Notes under the pieces: model-generated
Database searches by the model: none
What the model saw: the letters and a program-made list of their open reading frames with translations, nothing else
Told to the model about the DNA's origin: nothing
NCBI RefSeq assembly: GCF_001194135.2
Contig: NC_069006.1
Span: 3,778,459 to 3,842,458 of the forward strand
Length of the DNA: 64,000 nucleotides
Direction: 5' to 3'
DNA from: Octopus bimaculoides
Taxonomy: Eukaryota
In this document: one piece after another, positions 55,034-64,000 of the stretch
Layout of the letters: each line of letters opens with the position of its first letter
Position numbering within the stretch: the first letter of the stretch is position 1
Program-made: the position numbers and the translations under genes

Positions 55034-55813
55034 GTGAGGAGGATTTTCAAATTTAAAAAAAAAACATGGAAAACAACCCCCGTTTTATGGTATCCATTCT
55101 CTTTGAGCCGTCCCTTGATCCACTGCTTTTAACCAACCACACTCCTTTGCTTTCTTGGTGTTACAATTCAAATGAATGAACCTGCTTTGATCTTTGGCTT
55201 TCACAGGATGAGAACTGTCAAGAGTGGAAGGCACAGTGATCCGAGGTTTACAAAAAGCTCGGATCAACTGCTGCTACCTTTTCACTTTTATATACAAAAT
55301 AAAGAATATATTATTGCTGCACACATGTATGCATATATATATATGTGTGTGTGTGTGCATTTACATGTGTGTGCGCGCTCATGTGCATATAATCACAGAA
55401 GAATATCACTTCTATTTTTACAATAGGCATCCAGGTAGAGAGATACAGACAGATAGATAGATAGATAGAACTATACAGGTAAGGTATAGAGGTAGGCTGT
55501 TTGACAGCATATATCCTTGTCTGTCACATATTTTATGTGTGTATGTTTATATATGTGTGTGTTTGGTGATGTGTTAACGAGCGTGGTAGGTTCACCCACC
55601 CACACCGCTTTCCGTTTATATATTTTTTTCGTCGTTTGGTGGAAGGAGAAATGAGAGAAAATGCGATGTAAATGTGCCGTCTCTTTCCCACCCCCTCTCG
55701 CTGACACCAACACAAACAGCAAAGTAAATTATCTTAAGTAACATATTTACTTCACTATATCTTCACAATATCTATATTTAAATTATCCATTCACTCACTG
55801 GTTTCCTTTCTTC

Positions 55814-55844
<31 letters not shown>

Positions 55845-56034
55845 GTCTTGTTCTGTTTCTTTATAAGGAGCAGAATCCAAGGACACACTAATCTGAAACC
55901 GCCAACTTTTACATGCTGCTACTGGTGGTCGTAGTGATGGTAGTGGTAGAGAAAGAAGTGGGAAAGACAGACAGGCTCTCAGTTCAAATATTTAGTATAT
56001 TCACTGAATAAATGACAGCTTTCTTTCGGTGTCT

Positions 56035-57260
56035 GAGAAGGGGAAATGCCGGAAGAGTTGGCGGGAGGTTCAGCTTTCAGAGTTCTTTTTGTTTTTGTTA
56101 TTTTACTAGCTTAAGGAATTTTTTTTAAAAGCTGTTTTTTCACAGCTTTTTATTTCAAATCAGAAGCAAACTCTCTCACAATCTAACGTAAAAATATAGA
56201 GCTATGGAGAAAATGAACGTAAACCATACAATTTTTTCTTCTGAGCCGTTGATGGTAGACAAGGCGGAAAGAAAGATGTTCTCATCTCAAATAGTGCGAC
56301 AAAAATACCTGATCCATCATTCTTGAGTAAAAACTTCAACGGCAAACGCAGATTACAAATGTCCAAATTAAATGGTGACTGGTACTCTGTCGGTTACGGC
56401 AGTATAAGAGCTGATGTGATCGATAGAACAGTCTGCTCGTGAAATTAACATGCAAATGGCTCAGCACTCCACAGATACGCGTACACTTGACATAAGTTCT
56501 CAGAGAGACACAAAATGTGATAAGGCTGCCCCTTGGAAATAGAGGTACAATTCATTTGTGCCAGTTGAGTGGACTGGAGCAAAGTGAAATAGTGTCTCGC
56601 ACAAGGACACAACTCGTCGCCGGGAACTGAACTCACGATGTTACTACGATCGTGAGCTGAATACACCAAATTATAATGGTAACTGAAAAAAAAAAATGAA
56701 ACATCAGCTAAACGACATTAGCACGTGACTAGCTTCAGCAGCGCCATGCCAATGGCCAAGTAAAATATTTTCAGTTTTCTTTGTGTGTGAGAAAGGGGAA
56801 ATGTCAGATGAGTCGGCAGGAATTCCAGCATTTTGTGGGGTTGGGTTTCTAGTTCAATGGATTTTCTTTGATTATTCATCATCTATTTCCTTCCGGCTCT
56901 TTACGTTCTGAGTTCAAATTCCGCCCAGATCAACAACTTTACCTTCCATCCCTCCGTTTTCGATAACAAAATGTACCAGCATCGATTATACCCCACTCCT
57001 CTTGAAATTATTAACCTTGTGCCAAAATTGGAAACCATTATTTATTTACTAGCAACCTTTATATAAAACCAGAGAAAAACTTTTTCGTAATCTCGGGTAA
57101 AAATATAGAGCTGTAAAAAGACAATTTTTTCATGACACAATATCTGTTTTTTATTTCATTCATTTCAATAAAAACACCCTCATAAGATGTAGATCTTTTG
57201 CCTGATGGCATGGCTGGTAAATATTCAGTTAGAGCCAACATCTTACTTCTGAAATAATAA
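56035..57260. repeat. Old direct duplication (56035-56340 vs 56790-57260) interrupted by SINEs
   Basis: The anchors GGGGAAATG.C.GA.GAGT.GGC.GG, TTTACTAGC and GTAAAAATATAGAGCT are shared. A family-A SINE (about 56880-57040) sits inside the second copy. Confidence 0.55.
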
Positions 57261-58136
57261 CTTAACAAATGTGAGTGTCTTTTAATGGTTTCACTTACTG
57301 GGTTGCGACCACGCTGGAGCACCGACTTGAAAGGCTTAGTTGAACAAATCGATCTCAGTACTTATCTTAAAGCCTAGTACTTATATTCTATCGGTGTCTC
57401 TTTTACCAAACTGCTATGTTATGGGAACATAAACAAGCCAACACTTGCTGTGAAGCAGTGCGGGATACAAAAACAAGCACAAAGACACATGCACATATGT
57501 AGGGCTTCCACACAGTTTCCGTCTGCCAAATTCACTTACAAGTCATTAGTCGCTCTGGCGTTATGGTAGAAGACGCTTGCCCAAAGTCACTTGTAGTGGA
57601 TGTAAAACTGAAACCATTTGGTTGCAATGCAAACTTCTTAACCACACAGACATCCAGGGGCCTATTGGATGCAACAAAACCACCATTAAACCTAGAAACT
57701 TAAAACTACGAAAATGCAGGAAACCAACGTTTCAGTCAACAACACACACACACATTCACACACAGACGCACAAAGCAATAAGCACATCAAACGTACACAT
57801 TCCATCGTTAGCAACCTAACAGATATCATTATAGTTTCGACACCTTGGCAGTATCATCAATCTCACGGTGCCAACAGTGTTAAAACCATAAACGCTGCTG
57901 GAGAAATTATAGACAAAAAGCAGAGGCCAAATATTTGCGCAATATGTCCATTATCATCTACACACCTACTTATTGTTACAAAATACAAATACAAACATAA
58001 ACTCTCAAACATAAATTGTCACATATCTATAGCTATGAAACGCAGAATATCTACAACATATGTGGAAAAGCGGTGTGTTTGTTTGTGGCGTTGTTAGCTA
58101 ACTCCTCTTACATCGTTTTATTGATTTTCATGAATC

Positions 58137-58572
58137 TTGACACGTGAGTAGAACTCATATCTGAAAACCTCGTGACATACTTAGATTGTTGAAAAATCGA
58201 TAATACGGCCCCTGGAGAGGCCTTTATATCTACCTTATATAACTATTTTTTTTTAAACACCCAAGAGAAATAATCCATAGCACCTGTACAATATTTTTTA
58301 AACACTCAAGGGAAATTACTCATTTCATTGTTTATGTTCGATTACTTTCAATATTGATTTTTTTTTTGTGTGTCCTATTTCTAATTTTTGCAGACAATAT
58401 CACTTTTATACTTTATTTGACACGTGAGCAGAACTCATGTCTGGAAGCCTCATGACATATTTAGACTGTTGAAAAAGATCGATAATAGGGCCCTTCCAAT
58501 GGATCCTTCTATCTACTACATATTACTAGTATTTTATTTAAACCCAAGGGAAATAACCCATACCACCTGCAG
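58137..58572. repeat. Diverged direct duplication, period about 280 bp
   Basis: TTGACACGTGAG(T/C)AGAACTCAT(A/G)TCTG(A/G)AA...GATAATA.GGCCC...CCCAAG.GAAATAA.CCATA.CACCTG occurs at 58137 and 58417. It abuts the Helitron-like fragment. Confidence 0.8.
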
Positions 58573-58689
58573 ATTTTAGCGAAGTGATCAATATTTGATT
58601 CTCACGATCAGCCAATTTAATTCTGCATTTCACTACTCAGTTTTGAACTGCTAAGCATTATTATTGCATTTCCTTAATTTGAATCTTAA

Positions 58690-59175
58690 AGACTTCATTC
58701 ATACATTTCTGTACATACATACTTTTCTGACTTCCTATTACTCCGATAATTCTGCATTTTTACAATTACATTTTTTCCATGACAGTAGATAAATTTTTTA
58801 TTCCACACCGTACTTGTAGTGGCTTCATGCAGGCATAGCGTGGATTCGATCCTCGATTGCCAAATTTCACTTAACACTTCAACAGCGCTTTTCTCACGGT
58901 AAAACAATAGTTTTTCTGTGAACGACAACAGTTATCCATTTCCCAGATGCCTTCGCTAAGCAGAATAATGTCTTTGCCTCTCGCCAACCTCCGAAAACCT
59001 CTCTCGCCAACCTCCAATAATCTCTCCCTCCTCCACCTGACAGTATTATGTACTTTTTCGTGACGGAAAATACACCTTTTGTGTCCGTTATAACGAAATT
59101 GCTTTCTTATATTAGAGTAATAAGGCGTTTCAATAGAACATCTTTTCCCCCGGAAATTACCGGGTACACCAGCTA

Positions 59176-59180
<5 letters not shown>
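58690..59180 (-). mobile_element. Probable decayed Helitron 5' fragment
   Basis: The reverse complement starts (TA)n-ACTAGCTGGTGTACCCGG, an ACTAG...CCCG start resembling known Helitron 5' ends. Frameshifted Cys-containing peptides (EMDNCCRSQK, IYCHGKNV) loosely resemble the RepHel N-terminal zinc-binding region. Confidence 0.4.
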
Positions 59181-59231
<51 letters not shown>

Positions 59232-60462
59232 ACATCATTAAATTTTCGGAGTCAGAGTAGAAGGAATTTAAAAGAAATTTTTAAATGCCTTCTATGTGGA
59301 AATATTCAAGCGCCCCTATCTTTCGTTTGCTTATTCGCTCGTACTCGCATGTGTGTGTGCGCACGCGCGTATGTGTACATACACACATTTATACAAATAT
59401 ACATGCGTATGCATACATACATACACACACATTCTTACTCATACACATTGACAGAGATGTAAACAGAGAAGGAGGGGGATAACTTTGAGAGATGTGTGTG
59501 TTCTGTGCTAAATAGTTAATGATTAAAGAGTTTTCATGACTGGAGGCTTGCCAGTCAAATAGGATGATATATTTGTAAGTCTGTTTCCTTAGCTGTCTGT
59601 GTCTGTGCTGGTGTATAATTATATGTATATATATATATGTTTGAGCTTTATATATAGTGTCTATAAAACACTGGAATATTTTTTAGTTACGAAGAGGAAA
59701 CTTGATGTCTGTGGTTTTAGTCTTCGTTATGTAAAGAATGTAATTAACTACTATGAAATGGCATGAAAAATCACACGATTTAAGCGATCGTTAGATAACG
59801 GAGTGAGTGATTTTAACTGTGTTCGTGTGAAGTTAGGATATAATGTTTGTGTTTTGATACGATCGAATTTAACTAAATCAGCGAATTACTCATTCGAGGC
59901 TATTTTCAATGTATGGAAACACGTACGTATCTGGTTCGAAGCAGAGAAATTTGATTATATTATTGTTGTGGCTGTTGGTAGTTGAGGTTAGCCTTGGCGA
60001 AGGGCTCCCTCTTAAAGGCTGCAATCGGACAAATCGACTCTGTATTTATTCTTGTTAAGTCGGACGCTTGTGCCGAACTGCTGTCTAACACGAACGCAAA
60101 CAAACCGACACCAATTATCAAGTGGTGTGGCCGTAAACACAAAGGCGCATACACACACATGCATGTGCATGTATATACGACGAGCTTTCATACAGTTTCC
60201 ATATACCAAATTCACTCACAATGCATTGGTCGGCCTCGGAGTGGTATTAGAAGACACTTGCGAAGTGAGACTGAACCGCAAACCACGTGCTTTCGAAAAG
60301 AACTTCTTAAGAACCATACAGCTATGCCTGCACTTTTATACTTTGATAGTTTATCAACTCGGCGCCAACTGTGATTCTATGAATGAAAGAAGAAGTGCAA
60401 ATTGTTGAATTAATATGATAGCATTGTTGCAGAATCAAGTGATAATATTTCATTGTGCACTA

Positions 60463-61115
60463 AGGTGACGAAGCTGGCAGAGTCGTTACAGCAAAATGCT
60501 ATGCGGCGGCATTTCTTTATGTTCTGTGTTCAAATTCCGCTGAAGGGATCAACAAAATAAATACCAGTTGAATAGTGGAGTCGATTTAATCGACTAACTT
60601 CCTCCCCCGAACTTGCTGGCCTTGTGCCAACATTTGAAACCAATATTTCATTGTACTCTAAGGTGGCGAACTGCAAAGAATCGTTACAGCTCCCGGCACA
60701 ATGTTTTGCGGCATCTCTTCCGGTCCTTTACCTTCTGTGTTCAAATGCCACCGAGGTCGACTTTACTTTTCATCCCTTTCAGGGTCGATAAAATAAGATC
60801 TAATTGAGTATCGTGGTCGATGTAATTGACCAACTCCTGTCCAAAACATTTCATGGTTTGTGCCTATAGTAGAAAGCATTGTTAATATTATGCAAGCTTA
60901 AAGCGTCGAGGTAGTAAAATCGTTAGCGCGCCGGACAAAATGCTTAGCAGCATTTCGTCCGTTGCTATATTCTGAGTTTAAATTCTGGCGAGGTTGTCTT
61001 TACCTTTCATACTTCAGGGAACGATAAAATAAGTACCAGTTGAAGACTGGGGTTGATGCAATCGACTTACCCCGACTCCGAAATTGCTGGCCTTGTGCCA
61101 ATTTTTGAAACCAGT
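60463..61115 (+). mobile_element. Three tandem family-A SINEs (CpG-retaining)
   Basis: Heads start at about 60463, 60660 and 60905. Each has a GTTCAAAT or GTTTAAAT B-box and a GGCCTTGTGCC or GGTTTGTGCC...GAAA tail. Confidence 0.8.
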
Positions 61116-61331
61116 ATTATGCAAGCTTTAGTTGGCAGTGGAAGCAATGAAAGTTGATATCACTAATCAAAATGCTTTAGTTATCTGCGGCAAACCGTCC
61201 AGGTTTCCCGAGAAAAATAAGAGAAAATTAATAAATTACCTACTTTTATAAATGTTTGCTTTGGAGAATAATCATTTATAGAAACGATTGAATACAAATG
61301 AAATGGGGTTCCTCTGAAGGGTCTCTGCATT

Positions 61332-61510
61332 CGACACGGTGTGTAGCTGGGAGATCAGGGAGTCTCTCCAGGTCAAGCCGTTATTTCTCGACATTGAAAG
61401 GTGACAGCTCTAGTAGCATTATTCGATATGGGGTGTAGTTGGGAGATCAGAGAGTTTCTCCAAGTCGAGCCGTTGCTTTTCTGCACTGAGAAGTTACAGC
61501 TCTGGTACTG
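61332..61510. repeat. Diverged tandem duplication, unit of about 90 bp
   Basis: TTCGA.A.GG.GTGTAG.TGGGAGATCAG.GAGT.TCTCCA.GTC.AGCCGTT...G.ACAGCTCT.GTA occurs twice. Confidence 0.8.
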
Positions 61511-63044
61511 TAGACATGTGATTATAATGTCAAAGGAAAGAATCGCAAGAAAGATTTTTTAAGCCGAGCCAACTGGCAGGTGACCTAGGGGTAGACCAAA
61601 AATGAGATGGTTGAATAAGTTCCATAGTCTCAGTAAGGTACAGTTTGGTATCCGGCAGGAAAGTGGGATGATGGTTGACTCGAAGGTGATCAACAATTAT
61701 CAATTTTATTATTAAATAAAAGGCTTTCATTCTGGAGTCAAAACACTTTTGTTAACTATCTGAATGGGGAAAAGCAAGAAAAATATCTTGATGTTTGGTG
61801 CCCCAAAATTAAATTTGGTGATTTTGCAGTTAACGTTTGAAGTTTATTTGAAGACAAAACGTTGGACGAATTGATTAACACTACGTTAAATCTACTTGAT
61901 TATGTGGCTGCTATCACTTCCCCTTAACTTTACTTAACTGATAAAATGTTTTATATCAACTGCAAAATTTTAAGAATTGATTACAAGTCGAAATTAGATA
62001 AAATGGTATGAAATCAGTAAAAAAAATCTGTATTTTTTTTCATAGTTTGAATCGATAAAAGATAATCAATTTTCGAACTGATGATCTCAGTTATTTCGTT
62101 TCTGTGACGAAAAAAAATCGTAGGAATAAAGTTAGCTTGTGAGACGAAACAACAGATGTTATTTTATTTAAAGAAAACTAGAGAGGAGGATGGGATTGGC
62201 AGAAGAAATTTCGACGCGAGAGAAAGAAAATGGGAAAAGATAAGCGGATGAAATAAATGAGTTTAGATTCATAATAATAATAATTAATTCGTTTATTGGC
62301 CACAAGGGCTTAGATATTCTTTTACAATAATATTAATGCTTTCTTTTATAATAATAATAATAATAATAATAATATGCAAAAAAATATATAGACAAATCTG
62401 CATTTATAATTTGGTCGAGCTTAAAAAATTACACAACGACGTTGATATAGAATGTGTGTGTGCGAGCGCGCGTGCGTTTGTGTGTGTGTTCTGTGCAAAT
62501 GGTTATATTTATTACTTACAAATGAATATAGACACGCACACACACACATATATATTTTATCTTTTTATCTTTCACTTGCTTCAGTCACTGGACTACGGAC
62601 TATGCTGGGGCACCGCCTTGAAGAATTTAATCCAGGGATGGAAGAAATCCCCGCCCGCAATTGCGTCCGCGAACAACGTTTTATTGTGCCCGCAGGCTGG
62701 TATACCCATATGTACAAAATATAGTAAATTTTTCAATCAAAATTTATACCAATATTCGTATACCTATTTGCGACATGGGTTGCATTTCCACTACGACTTG
62801 AAATGATCAGAAATTGTCCGGCAATTGCCAATCGAATGGAAATTCTGTTTTCACTATAAAATATATATTGCTAGGTTTATAGCTCCTCCTTGAGACCCAA
62901 CTACACTTTAGTTGAAAAAAAATAGAATACCTCATGAGTAATATAAACGTCCTAAATTCAGTGGCGGCGTTAATGAAGATGTTACGCGTTGGTTTCATGT
63001 CTTAAACTTATCTTTATTAATGTGTCTCAAATTATTGTTGTTAG

Positions 63045-63393
63045 CACTCCGTCGAGGGTTCCAGTTGATCCGATCAACGGAACAGCCTGCTCGTGAAATT
63101 AACGTGCAAGTGGCTGAGCACTCCACAGACACGTGTACCCTTAACGTAGGATATTCGGGGATATTCAGCGTGACACAGTGTGACAAAGCTGACCCTTTGA
63201 ATTACAGGCACAACAGAAACAGGAAGTAAGAGTGAGAGAAAGTTGTGGTGGAAGAGTACAGCAGGGTTCGCCACCATCCCCTGCCGGAGCCTCGTGGAGC
63301 TTTAGGTGTTTTCGCTCAATAAACACTCACAACACCCGGTCTGGGAATCGAAACCGCGAGTCCGCTGCCCTAACCACTGGGCCATTGCGCCTC
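63045..63393 (-). mobile_element. tRNA-derived SINE family D
   Basis: The reverse-complement head GGAGGCGCAATGGCCCAGTGGTTAGGGCAGCGGACTCGCGGTTTCGATTCCCAGACC has A- and B-box-like motifs. The body is shared with the older copy at 56378-56670 (CTGCTCGTGAAATTAAC...GCACTCCACAGA). A related head lies at 28720-28815. Confidence 0.75.
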
Positions 63394-63633
63394 CACTATA
63401 TCAAATTATACATAGATATATATACAAGATTTATACAGATATAAGAGTTAGAACCAGTGATCCGCCCGCGAACCTTTTTCTTAGGAAATTTTTACCCGCT
63501 GCACTATAAATTTTCCCCACCCCCTGGTTTAATCAAACAAATCAACCACTGCACTTACTCTTTAAGCCTGATACTTATTCTATTAGTTTGTTTTGCTGAA
63601 CGGTTAAGTTACGGACCGAACCACTATCATATA

Positions 63634-64000
63634 CAGTGATACGTCGCAGTACGAGTTTAATTCGTTCCATGACCGAGCTCGTCTTACGATTTACTCGTTT
63701 TACAAATCAATTTTCCCCATTGAAATTAACTAAAATATAATTAATCCGTTCCAGTCCCCCGCCAAGACCACTTAAAAAGAATTCTTTATGGGTTTTAAAA
63801 CAGAAAAGGTGTAGTTACAAGTAAAATCACTATTATAAAAAAAAAAGAGAAGGCAAAAGAAATATGTAAACTGGTTTTATTAATCGAATTACCTTTAAAA
63901 TGGGACGATTAAGGCTCGTACTTCAAGACAAAAATTCACACGAGTGTCGGCAGGCATAGCAAATTACTCGTACAATGAGGCACTCGTATTGCGAAGTTCT
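63634..64000 (+). mobile_element. Tigger/pogo-like non-autonomous DNA transposon; right end cut by the window
   Basis: TA|CAGTGATACGTCGCAGTACGAGTTTAATTCGTTCC begins at 63632, giving a TA target and CAGT terminus. The complementary subterminal sequence CTCGTATTGCGAAGT appears at the window end. Confidence 0.65.

Noticed and set aside
54463-55056. Bacterial contamination as an explanation for the amidohydrolase ORF
   Set aside because: The ORF is cut by a spliceosomal donor mid-domain and is continuous with host-type microsatellites and SINEs on both sides.
55190-55900. Acceptor-like sites after amidohydrolase exon 1 (about 55205 and 55867)
   Set aside because: Both give a stop almost immediately in the required phase 1 and lack the expected continuation of the domain.
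62077-62112. CTGATGA...CGAAA hammerhead-like spacing
   Set aside because: The stem II closing pair is wrong, and there is no stem III, cleavage triplet or stem I. It is a chance match.

Overview
AT-rich eukaryotic DNA, dense in microsatellites and SINEs, from a short-read scaffold with 10 N-gaps. The repeat landscape looks like an octopod (Octopus-type) genome; this is inference from repeat architecture. Only two protein-coding segments are supportable, and they lie head-to-head about 11 kb apart. (1) Minus strand, 43268-43186: the 83-nt first coding exon of SPEN (split ends/SHARP/MINT), MVRQTRYLLVGNIPEKLTKEKITEHFK, ending at a GTAAGT donor. No exon 2 was found, so 1-43185 appears to be one intron of more than 43 kb. 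This exon is absent from the ORF track because it is too short. (2) Plus strand, 54463-55033: the first coding exon of a metal-dependent amidohydrolase (PGLIDCHVH...GVTTAVDAGSAG) of the largely prokaryotic Atu3266/EF_0837 deacetylase / dihydroorotase-like group, ending at a GT donor. The rest is tRNA-derived SINEs, a decayed mariner (maT/DD37D-like) transposase, hAT, piggyBac-like, Tigger-like and Helentron/Helitron-type non-autonomous elements, fold-back repeats and mini/microsatellites. Nearly all other ORFs in the track are repeat artefacts. I found no convincing new multi-gene system. The best leads are the intron-bearing, bacterial-type amidohydrolase with large insertions, two degenerate Penelope-type hammerhead-like motifs, the uORF-laden and possibly bidirectional SPEN 5' region, a CpG-decay gradient recorded in SINE copies, and two long fold-back structures.
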